64,000 nucleotides of DNA. Source: Camelus dromedarius (Eukaryota). Below the pieces are notes generated by a model, which saw only the letters and a program-made list of their open reading frames with translations, did not search any database and was not told where the DNA came from. The first letter of the stretch is position 1. Each line of letters starts with the position of its first letter. The stretch is taken from NCBI RefSeq assembly GCF_036321535.1, contig NC_087437.1, positions 65,102,001 through 65,166,000 of the forward strand. The letters are read 5' to 3'. Shown here one piece after another: positions 53,301 to 64,000 of this stretch. Position numbers and translations under genes: made by a program.

Positions 53301-55357
53301 TTTGTTTCAAAGTTTTACATCTGCATTCATGAGGAATATTTGTCTGTCTGTAATTTTATGTAATGTCTTTTTCTGGTTTTGCTCTGAGTAATGTTGGCCT
53401 TTTAGAAGAATGGGGAAATGTTCTTTCCTTTTTTGTTTCTTGGAAAGATTTTGTGTAGACTTGGTATTATTTTTTCCTTAAATGTTTTATGAAAATTCAC
53501 CAGTAAAGCTGTCTACTTTTGGAATTTTCTTTGTGGAAGCATCTGTCTGTACAAATTCTATTTGCTTCATAGCTATTTGATGATTTAGGTTATATATTTC
53601 TTCTTAAGTGAGTTTTGGTGTTTTATATCTTTTAGGGAATTTGTCCATTTAAAGGGTCAAACTTAAAAGCAAAAAGTTACTCTTAAGAATCTCTAATTAC
53701 TCTTTTAAAATGTATAGAATCTATAGTGATGTTACCTTTTCCATTCCTAATATTGGTATTTATACTTTCTTTATTATACAGATTAGACTGCCCAGAGGTT
53801 TATTAACTTTACTGATCTCAAAGCCAACCTTCATTGATTCTCTCTTGTTTTCTGCTTTCTATTTTATTGATTTCACTTTGATCTTTTTATTTCCTTCCTT
53901 CTGTTTGCTTTTGATTTGATTTCCTCATTTCTTAGCTTCTTAAGGTAAAAGCTGAGACCATTAATTTGAGACCTTTTTAATTTCTAATATGGGCATATTG
54001 CATTATAAATTTTCCTCTAAAATCTGCTTTAGTGGTATCTCACAAATTCTGTTGTATTTTCATTTTCACTCAGTTCAAAATAACTAATTTCCCTTTTGAT
54101 TTCTTCTTTGCCCCCTTGGCTACTTAGTTTCCACATATTTGAGGATATGTCTAGTAGTCTATTATTAATTTTTATTTTAATTCCATTGCGGTCAGAGCAC
54201 ATACCTTATATGACTTTAGTCTTTTAGAAATGATTGAGACTTGTTTTATGGCCCAGATTATTGCCTATTTTGGTAAATGTTCCATGTGTACTTGGAAATA
54301 ATGTGCAGTCTGCTGTTGTTGGCTGAAATGTTCTATAAATGTCGATCATGTAAGGTTGGTTGACAAGAGTTATTCAAGTGCACTGTATCCTTGCTGCTTT
54401 TCTGCCTATTTGTTCCCTCAGTTATTGAGAGGAGAATTGAAATTTCATATTATAGTGGTGGATTTATTTATAGTTCTGTCAGTTTTTACATCATGTATTT
54501 TCAGTCTGTCTTACTGGAGATTCAAACTTTTAGGGGTTTTATGCCATTTTGATTAGAGATATTTTGATTATGAAATGACCTTCTTTATCCTTGGTGACAT
54601 TCTTTGCTCTGAGATGTACGTTTGTCTGATACTAATATAGCAATTCTACTTTTCTTTTGACTAGTGTTAGCATGGTGTATCTTTTTTCCTTAACTTATTT
54701 GTGTCTTTATATTTAAAGCACATTGCTTAAATGCAGCATAGAATTTGATCCTACTTCTTATCCAAATTGTCAATCTCTGCCTTTCAGTTGGAATGTTCAG
54801 ACCATTTCCATTACTGTTGTCACTGATACAGTTTTAAAGTCTCTCACCTTGCTATTTGTTTTCTATTTTTCCAACTGTTGTTTCTTACTTTTTTACTTTT
54901 CCTTCCTTTTAAAAAATTGGTTGAGTATTTTTTATGACTCTGTTTTTCCCCCTTTTCATCTTATTAGCTATAATTCTTTATTTTGTTAAGATAGTAACTG
55001 CATTAAGGATTATAGTTTGCATTTTTATCACGGTTTACCTTTACATAATACTGTGTGGATTCATGTGTAGAATAAAACTTTTACAATCATATACTTACAT
55101 TTCTTCACTCTTGGGATTTATGTTATTATTACTTTACTTATTAATGTCTTATAAACAAAAATATAAAAATATAACATGTTATAAGCAAAAATTTTTATTT
55201 TTGTTTAGTCAGTTATCTTTTAAGGAGATTCAAATAATAAAGTAAATCTTAACTACCACTGCAGTTATCATTTCTGGTGCTTTTCATTCTTTAAGGTAGA
55301 TCAAGAGTTGGCAGTCTTTTTCTATAAAAGGTCCAATGACAAATATTTTAGGCTTTT

Positions 55358-55494
55358 TTTTTTTAACATTTTTTATTGATTTATAATCATTTTACAATGT
55401 TGTGTCAAATTCCAGTGTTCAGCACAATTTTTCAGTCATTCATCGACATATACACACTCATTGTCACATTTTTTTCTCTGTGAGTTATCATAAC
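55358..55494 (-). mobile_element. Very short young L1 3' end inserted in a MER58-like element, 13-bp TSD
   Basis: perfect TSD ATTTTAGGCTTTT at 55345-55357 and 55495-55507; same family as the 38782-39283 copy. Confidence 0.85.
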
Positions 55495-55860
55495 ATTTTA
55501 GGCTTTTAGGCCATAACTGTATTTACAAAAATAGGTGGAAGGCCTCCAAAGTTTGCCAAGCTCTGGTGCAGTTTCATATTTCCATCTAGTGTCATTTTCC
55601 TGCTCCCTGAAGGACTTCCTTCCTTTAATATGTATGTGTGTGCTCTCTCATGAGTGCATGCGTCTGCTGGTGATGGGTTCTTATAGCTCTTGTATGTTTG
55701 AAGACATCTTTATCTTTCTGTTGTTGCTAAAAGATACTTTTAAAAGCTGACTATAGAATGCTACATCGATAGTTTTTTTTTTCTCTTTCAGTACTTTAAG
55801 GCTATTACTCTATCTTTTTTCTTGCATTTTGTTTTTGACAAGAAATCTGTCATCCTTGTC

Positions 55861-56110
<250 letters not shown>

Positions 56111-56669
56111 GGCTGCTTTTGGGATTTATCTCTGGTTTTGAGCACTTGGGTTATGTTGTGCCCTGGCATAGTGTTCTTCATGTTTCTTGTGCTTGGAGTT
56201 TGCCTTTTAAATTGCTGTGGTTATAGTGTTCATCAGTTTGGAAAATGTTCTACCATTAGTTAGCCAAATATTTTTTCTGACCCTCTCCCTTCCTTTGGAG
56301 ACTTCAATTACACATATGTTAGATTATTTGAAGCTTTTACAAAACTCATGGATGCACTTTTAATTTTTTGGATTCTGAAAATGTTCTTTCATGTGCAGTA
56401 GACTTGGGATTTCTCTTTTTGTAATCCAGTCTTCAGTCTTAAATTCAAAACCCAATGAACTGGAAATTTGTATGAAAGATTTTCTCTTTATATTTTCAGA
56501 TAAGAAGCATTATTTTAAACGTTACCTAGGGAGATAAAGTAGATAGTATTTTTAAAGTATTTCATGGCTGGAGAACTTTTAGAAGACAAAAATGCCAGAA
56601 GCTTTCTGGACATTAGTATGAGAGTTTTACACTGGAGAATCATTAATTTGTTGTCTTTCTACAATTTAG

Positions 56670-56784
56670 GCAGTCACTGAGGAGAGTATTGCCTTTTTGC
56701 AGAAGAGAGTGGTAGAACTAGAGAATGAAAAGGGAGCCTTGCTCCTTAATTCTATAGAGCTGGAGGAGCTGAAAGCTGAGAATG
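56670..56784 (+). CDS. GOLGB1: GOLGB1 exon 11 (AVTEESIAFLQKRVVELENEKGALLLNSIELEELKAEN)
   Basis: acaatttAG acceptor, AATG|GTACGT donor; 115 nt. Confidence 0.94.
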
Positions 56785-59425
56785 GTACGTATAAATGAAA
56801 ACCATAATCCTCTGTCTTCTTAACCCACAAGTGCCTACTTTTATCACTATACATGTATAACATGTAGATTGTCTGATTCTATGATAGTAAAGATCTTAGC
56901 AGGGCTGGTAGTTGCTGAAGATAGGAGTAATATACATGAAACAATTTGAGCACAATATCAAGGTTTACATAAGTATAACATTTTGCAGTATGAGCTACAA
57001 GTGCTGCAGGATATCTGTGTTATATTCACTTTGGAGTAGTCAAGAAATCTTCTCAAAAGTGAGTCTTGAATAATGGACCTTAATAAAATGATAAATTCCT
57101 AAAAAGGCAAAATGAAGAGAGAAAGGACTTTCCTAGTAATAAATTTGTGGGATGAAGTAACAGAGATCAGTATAAATAAAGGTAGAAACCATTTTGGATT
57201 TTGCTCATGCTGTATACTGCTTGAAACCTTATCCCTTTCCTTTCGGCTGGCTAATTCTTACTCATCTTTCAGGTCTCAACTAGGGTATTGTCTTTTTCAG
57301 GAAATCGACCCTCATCCCCCAACTTGGGTTAAATGCATTTTGGGGCTTCTGAAACATCCTTGCATTCCTTGAACATTGTATTAAGATCATCTGTTATATG
57401 TTTATATTTTATTCTTTAAGCTCTTCAGAGATAAAGTATAAGCTCTTCAAAGGCAGGGGCCTTTTTTTTTTTCCATCTTTGCTTCACCCTTTACCAAGAA
57501 CTAGAATAATAGCTGGCAAATGAGTGGTTGCTGGATAAAGTTTTGTTGGATTGAACTAAATTTAGCACTTTATTCTATTGGACTGTGGGTGAACAGTTAA
57601 TAAGAATGAAGATATACCTCCTTTCACTTATCACCTGCTTCACAATGACCTTATGGTTTTAGTAACAGGTAGTTAATAACACTTTACTGATCTATTTTAT
57701 CCTGGAGTAACTGACTAATATGCTTTATCTTTAAGAGTGAGAACGAATACCAAGTAAAGTTTGTACAATTTCCTAAACTTTACAGCCAATATTTCCAACC
57801 TAACCATTTTATGACAGTTCTACTTAGCTATAAACTAGGGATTATATACCTTTTTCAGTCTAGTCCCACCATTGCTAATAAAGAACACCACAAATTCAGC
57901 TCATTATTTAACCCACTCAAACCACTTCTTTCAGACCTTATCCGTGGTGCTTATTTTGTAGTTTTGCAAGCAGTCCCTCTCACTTTCATGTGGCTCTTAT
58001 GGTTTTGAGGTCACATGCGTTCCATTCTCTTGGCTCTTTCCTGCAGGGATCCCTGGCCTTAAGGTTTTCTGTATTAGTGTTCGTATCTAGTCTCATAGGT
58101 TACCTTTGCTTTAGGAGTCTGTATTAAACTCACCTTTTGCGCTTCCATTTCTACCACTGTGCCCTTCCTCAAATAATCTTGTGAAATGTGTAAACACATT
58201 ATATATAGTCTTGAATTCATTCATTCATTCGTTCATTCAGCAAATATCTATGGTGCCTTTCCTGTGAGCCAGGCAGTAATCTAGTTGCTGAGGATACTGC
58301 TCTGAACATGTTAGAGGGGAAGACAGGCCATAAACATGTATATAAATAAGAAAATTTCAGTGAGTGATTCGTATTAGGATAAAAATAAAACAGGTTCCTG
58401 CAAGTGTGCCTGGGGGAAGAAGAAAGCGGCAGTAGCGTGATCAGGGTTGGCCTCTCTGAGCACTTAATGATGAAAAGGGGACAGCCACGCAAAAAGAGGC
58501 TGAGCAAAGAGCGTTCCAAGTAGAGAAGAACAGTGCACATACCATACCCTGAGGTATGAATACATTTGATACGTTTGCAGGCAGAAGGAAGGCCAGTGTT
58601 CTTGGGATTAGAGTGAACAAAAAAGGGGCAGTGAGAGAAGAGAAGATTGGAGAATAAGTGGAGTCAAATCACATAGGTCATGTTAAGACATTTAGATGTA
58701 GTGTAAAACATGCTTTTTTTTTCTTTCTTTAGTATATTTGTCTTAGCTTCTCAGAAAGAGTACAAACTTCTTGGAGGCTTATTAATACTTAACGTTTTTG
58801 ATCCTCCAAGGTGCTACTACCCTTTTTAGATACACACCCTGTAATAGAACACGAGTTTGAACTCAGAAGATTGGATTATGATCCCAGGTCTCTGAACTAA
58901 CTGTAGGTCATGTCATTTCTTTGTTTCCTCATATGGTCATTGAGGAGATTGGATAGCTCCCTTCTAGTGCTAAAATTTGATGTCCTTATGAACATATGAA
59001 AAGAACATTGAAGAAATTTTAAATGCTGTATTAATGTGTGATGTATACTATGAACACAGAAAGGTTGTAGATAAATTAAAGCAGATTTATTGCCCTAGAA
59101 GTCCCAAATTCTGCCACAGAAATAGCTGCTTCTTATCACACATTCTGGCATTTTTTTCCTTTAAAGCCTTCCATTATTTTTTGTACTTCACTAAGGTTAA
59201 TTATTAACACTTTGTCACATTCTATCTTATATCTCATCTTCTCATCTTCTTTTGCCACTTCTTTATTTTAATAAAATAAGTGTTTCATCTCCTCCAAACT
59301 ATTTTGTCTATTTCTTTCTTCTTGGTTATTTCATGCATCTCAAATAGCCTCATACATAATCATACCTTTGTTTTTTCAAATATTCTACATTTTTCTTCTA
59401 AGGATATTGATTTTGTGACTTTCAG

Positions 59426-59499
59426 AAAAACTGTCCTCTCAGATTACTTTCCTGGAGGCTCAGAAGAGAGCTGGAGAAGCAGATAGAGAAGTCAGTGAG
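59426..59499 (+). CDS. GOLGB1: GOLGB1 exon 12 (EKLSSQITFLEAQKRAGEADREVSE)
   Basis: actttcAG acceptor, GAG|GTAAGT donor; 74 nt, phase 1/0. Confidence 0.93.
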
Positions 59500-60091
59500 G
59501 TAAGTGATGCATTCTTGAAATGATCAGAATGTAGTAGATCAAGGGGAGGTAGTTTCAAATCTAAACATTTCTGCAGTTTTCTGATGTTGACAGAGAATTG
59601 CATTATCTAGAAAGTGAGATTTAAGAGAGTCATAATGGTTATTTCTTCTCATTTATTCTCATTTGTTTCTGACTATTTGGAATTTTTTATTTGTCCTAAA
59701 CCAACGCAAGTACAGTAGCACTTATTTGAGATTTGATAACCCATTTTTCATACTGGGTTATCATTTATCTCTACTTCTTTGCCCGTCTCAGAAAAGTTTC
59801 TCGGTGAAGAGATTAGATAAAATCTCTGTTCTCCACCTACCCCAGGCCTCCCCAGTTGGCACAGTTTCACTTTGGATTATATTGAAAAGGGTATCTTCAG
59901 AGAGTGGTGTTTTTTATTTTATAACCTAAAAATTACTACAAGAAATGTATGGTTGCTCAATATTCTGTTGATTCAAGATTATTATTAGCTGTTTTGTGTT
60001 TAATTGTTCTTCCAATCAGGAAGTCAGTGATAGACTCATAAATGGCCTTGAGGAATAACATAACTTCCTAACAAAAGTATCTGCTTGCTTA

Positions 60092-60478
60092 TTGCATTAG
60101 AGTTCTCCAGAGAAATGGAACTAATAGGAAGTATATATAGAGAAATTTATTTTAAGGAATTGGCTCATGCAATTGTGGAAGGTGGCTAATCCAAAATTGC
60201 AAAGTGGAGACCTAGGGAGGAGTTGCAGTTTGAGCTTGAAGGTAGTCTGCAGGCAGAATTTCCTCTTTTTGGTGGATGACAGGCCTGTTTTGGCTTCTAG
60301 CCTTCAACTGATTAGATAAGGCCCACCCACATTATGGAAAGCAAGGTACTTTACTCCATCTGCTGATTCAAATCTTAATCTCATCTCGAAATACCTTTTC
60401 AGAAACATCTGGAATAATGTTTGACCAAGTATATGAGTACTGGTGGGTAGCCAAGTTTACACATAAAATTAACTTCCA
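60092..60478. mobile_element. MLT2-type (ERVL) solo LTR
   Basis: ttagagttctccagagaaa...aaggaattggctcatgcaattgtgg...ggcccacccacattatgga...ccaagtttacacataaaattaac resembles MLT2. Confidence 0.75.
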
Positions 60479-61404
60479 CTCTTATATTCAGTACTTTTTC
60501 ATGGGGCTGCTGCTGCTCTGTTCATAAAATTGTCAAAAGGGAACTAAATTTTGAAAATTATAGCATTATATGGTTATTGACAAAAATTATATGGTTATTG
60601 ACAAATTATGAATCTTGTTTGGCCAAGGAGGTGCTTAATGTTTTAAGATGCTTAACAGTAGTGTCTAGTGAAAACAAGATAGCTCAAAAAAGAACAGATA
60701 AGAAAGATGGGGACTTGTTAAAAACAAGAAAAACAAAACAGCCAGAAGGGAGAACAAATAAACAGGAAACAATGAAGAAAAAAAACCCCACAGAAATTGC
60801 AAAAGGTAGAGTGACTAAGAGAATCCCTGGGATAAAAGAGAGTGAGTAGAAAAGGTCCAAGGAAAGTGTAAGCCCAGCCAAAAGGAGAAGACTAGCACTA
60901 GAAGAAAAAGTAATTAGAGTGTCTGAAAATAGCAAAGTTCTCTGCCCTCTCATTATGGGATAAGTTTTTTTTGTTTGTTTGTTTTTTAATTTAAAACTCA
61001 AGCCAAACTCTGTCGATAGCATAGGGAGCAGCTAAGGATGAGACTAAGGGAAGGAAGAGTGTGAGTAAAGTGAAAATGACAGTAAAGAGGAAGTAAGAAT
61101 ACTTTGGGTATGAGAGAACAGAGAAGGAGCTAGTTACATTGAAGTCTTCTGGCAGAAGTGATGCCTTAACTATATCAGATTTTTAATATATGTAGGGATG
61201 GATAAATAGGAACATGACATGAAGAAATTATAAAGGAACATTTCCTCTGCTAAATAAATATTGTGTCCAGTTTTGGCTTTAGAAATTTGAGAGAGTGAGA
61301 AATGCAGAGAGCAAAGAATTTTCAATGATTAAATATAATGCTTATGGAAAATGATCAGATAATTTTTCATAAAATAATACATAATTCTAAAATAATGAAT
61401 TTTT

Positions 61405-61539
61405 TGAGGGAGTGATATTTAGGTTTTTATTATTTTATTAATTTAATTTAATTTATTTATATGGAGGTACTGATGATTGAACCCAGGACCTCACACATGC
61501 TAAGCATGCACTCTACGACTGAGTTATATCCTCCCCCTG
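61405..61539 (-). mobile_element. Second camelid-type tRNA-derived SINE
   Basis: ggaggtactgatgattgaacccaggacctc...atgctaagcatgcactctacgactgag is the same family as 12535-12667; imperfect TSD ctaaaata(a/g)tga(a/g)ttttt. Confidence 0.85.
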
Positions 61540-62501
61540 CTAAAATAGTGAGTTTTTTTTTTCACTCAGTGGCTGAGAATGATACCAAGATAATAGCTGA
61601 CATTCACTGAATACTTACTATGTGCCAGCATCTGCTAGTAAATGGCAGATGTGAAGGTGTGAACTCAGGCAGCTGGGCTGCAGAGCTTTGCTCTTGGCTA
61701 CTACATTATTTGACAGTCCCTGGGGAATTTTTCCGCATATCAAGTTGGAATTTTTTTCTGGGGAAAGAAAAAGGAGCTATTGGCAAAGATGGAGATTTTA
61801 TTGTGTACACCGTCCCCACACTCATTTAATAAAACACTAATTAAATTTACCATGAGATTCACTGATTTTGTTTCCCAGGAAAACAATTATAGAAATAATT
61901 TATATGAATTGAGCAGTCTAACACAGTAATTTTTGTAATAATAACTTGGTTAATATTTTGTCGAACAGGTCCATAATATCATACCCAAGTCCCAGCAGAA
62001 CTTCCTTTTGATGATTTTATCCTGATAATTTATCTCAAGCTGCTTGTTTGATCATTTACTTGTCTGTTAATGGCTGTCTTATCTAATATTTCCTACTCCA
62101 ATAGATAGTTTAGGAAAAGGAATCCCATGACTTCCTTCTTGGTATGGGAATGAAATAAAAATTTAATTTCCTGCTTCCCTTTTTATTTTTAAGAAGTTCT
62201 TAGGAGAAACAAAGAGGAATTTTAATTTGAAGAAAAAGTTTCCAAAGTGAAGAATATTTAGAAAATGAGTCTCAGGTTTCTTTAAGTCTTATGATTGTGA
62301 CTTGAGCTCATTGCAGAATTAACAAGATGCCCTCAGAGGTCTAATTTGAGAGATGAAAACTGATTTTAAAAGTATTTAGCAGTTTTATGGTAAGAAGGTT
62401 TGGACTGAAAAGTTTCAGGTTTTGGAAAATGCAGTTTTCAGTTAGGCTATTTCTTATAAAACATTTGATTGAGGCTTTTTCTTTCTTTTTTTTAAAAACA
62501 G

Positions 62502-64000
62502 ATCAGCGTGGTTGATACTGCTGGGCTCAACAAGAGTAGCTGTTCCACTGAGGAAAGTGGACAAGATGTCCTAGAGAACACATTTTCTCAGAAGCATAAA
62601 GAATTATCCATTTTATTGTTGGAAATGAAAGAAGCTCAAGAGGAGATTGCATTTCTTAAGTTGCAGCTTCAAGGCAAAAGGGCAGAGGGTGACCCTGAAG
62701 TCCTTGGTCAGAAAGAAACAAAACAGATAGAGTGTGAAGGAATACCTCCAGTTGAAATGACAGTATTGCTTGAAGATACAGGGCAACCATTACCCCCAGT
62801 GCCAGGTGAAGAGAGCAGTCTTCCAACAACTGAAAAAGAAGAGCAGATGAGCACTAAACAGCAACACAGAGCATCTGAGGAAATATCTTTAAATGATGCT
62901 GGAATGGAATTAAAATCAACAAAGCAGGATGATGAGGATAAACCCCCTTCTGCCATACAAGATGTTTGTCAGTGTCACCAGGATGAACTGGAAAGGCTAA
63001 AAGGTCAAATTTTGGAGCTTGAGATAAACTTTCATAAAGCAGAAGAAATCTATGAGAAAAGTTTAGATGAAAAAGCTAAGGAAATAGGCAACCTAACCCA
63101 GATGATTGAAGAGTTTAAGAAAAATGCTGAAAACACCAATAGTGCACTCACTGCTTTGTCTGAAGAAAGAGACCAGCTCCTTTCTCAGGTGAAGGAACTT
63201 AGTGTGGTAACAGAACTCAGGGCTCAGGTACAGCAACTGGAAGTGAACCTTGCAGAAGCAGAAAGGCAAAGAAGACTTGACTATGAGAGTCAGACTGCTC
63301 ATAGCAGCTTGCTTACTGAACAAATCCACAGTCTCAGCATAGAAGCTAAATCTAAAGATGTGAAGATTGAAGTTTTACAGAACGAACTGGATGATGTGCA
63401 GGTTCAGTTTTCCGAGCAGAGTACTTTGATCAAAAGCCTGCAAAGCCAGCTGCAGAAGAAGGAAAGGGAAGTGCTTGATGGAGCGGAACGTGTGAGGGAC
63501 GTCTCAACTAAGATGGAAGAACTGTCACAGGCTCTTTCACAGAGGGAACTTGAAATAGCAAAACTGGATCAACTCTTACTAGAGAAGAAGAAAGATGTAG
63601 AAACCCTCCAGCAAGCTATCGAGGAGAAGGATCAGCAAGTAACAGAAATCAGCTTTAGTATGACTGAGAAGATGGTCCAGCTTAATGAAGAGAAGTTTTC
63701 TCTTGGGGTTGAAATTAAAACCCTTAAAGAACAGCTGAATTTATTATCCAGAGCTGAAGAGGCCAAAAAAGAGCAGGTGGAAGAAGATAAAGAAATTGTT
63801 TCTGGCATCAAACAGAATTATGATGAGTTGAATCCAGCAGGGCTAATAAGTAAAGAAGAACTTCAGCGTGAATTAGACCTTGTAAAGAAAGAAAGCGAGC
63901 AGAGAAAGAGAAAACTCCAGGCAGCTCTTATTAACAGAAAGGAACTTCTACAGCAAGTCAGCAAATTAGAGGAGGAATTGGCCAAAGTGAAAGACGAACC
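62502..64000 (+). CDS. GOLGB1: GOLGB1 giant coiled-coil exon (5' part; continues beyond window), ISVVDTAGLNKSSCSTEESGQDVLENTFSQKHKELSILLLEMKEAQEEIAFLKLQLQ...
   Basis: polyT plus aaaaacAG acceptor at 62500-62501; E/K/Q/L-rich frame appears open for ~1.5 kb to the window end, hence absent from the stop-terminated ORF track. Confidence 0.95.
   Translation, partial: MSVVDTAGLNKSSCSTEESGQDVLENTFSQKHKELSILLLEMKEAQEEIAFLKLQLQGKRAEGDPEVLGQKETKQIECEGIPPVEMTVLLEDTGQPLPPVPGEESSLPTTEKEEQMSTKQQHRASEEISLNDAGMELKSTKQDDEDKPPSAIQDVCQCHQDELERLKGQILELEINFHKAEEIYEKSLDEKAKEIGNLTQMIEEFKKNAENTNSALTALSEERDQLLSQVKELSVVTELRAQVQQLEVNLAEAERQRRLDYESQTAHSSLLTEQIHSLSIEAKSKDVKIEVLQNELDDVQVQFSEQSTLIKSLQSQLQKKEREVLDGAERVRDVSTKMEELSQALSQRELEIAKLDQLLLEKKKDVETLQQAIEEKDQQVTEISFSMTEKMVQLNEEKFSLGVEIKTLKEQLNLLSRAEEAKKEQVEEDKEIVSGIKQNYDELNPAGLISKEELQRELDLVKKESEQRKRKLQAALINRKELLQQVSKLEEELAKVKDE

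Noticed and set aside
60670..61140. Long purine-rich strand-asymmetric tract (similar at 3780-3930 and 4850-5130)
   Set aside because: Most likely highly decayed LINE2-type or low-complexity DNA; no periodicity or coherent frame
62708..63329. Minus-strand ORFs within the large exon (also 45348..45632, 56666..56863, 8551..8790)
   Set aside because: Antisense shadows of real + strand coding exons

Overview
Mammalian (eutherian) genomic DNA, probably camelid, judging from its tRNA-derived SINEs and young L1 3' ends. Two + strand genes lie head-to-tail. First are the last five coding exons of IQCB1/NPHP5 (453-8800, stop at 8798-8800). Then comes the 5' part of GOLGB1/giantin: CpG-island promoter at ~18.3-19.3 kb, non-coding exon 1 ending at 18786, ATG at 33582, coding exons 2-12, and the start of the giant coiled-coil exon, which stays open to the window end. 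Introns are packed with L1, L2, SINE, hAT-Charlie, Tigger and MLT2 relics; repeat family names are from recalled consensus, not a database search. The most interesting unexplained signal lies in the IQCB1-GOLGB1 intergenic region (~13.1-17.2 kb). It contains decayed, splice-flanked, coding-like + strand segments resembling a RhoGEF DH-domain N-terminus and a C1 zinc finger, suggesting the fossil (unitary pseudogene) of a lost RhoGEF-type gene. Other points of note: a tandem exon duplication in GOLGB1 (exons 5/6), tandem splice acceptors, and RFX X-box plus UPRE/GASE motifs in the GOLGB1 promoter. Most ORFs in the supplied track are spurious.
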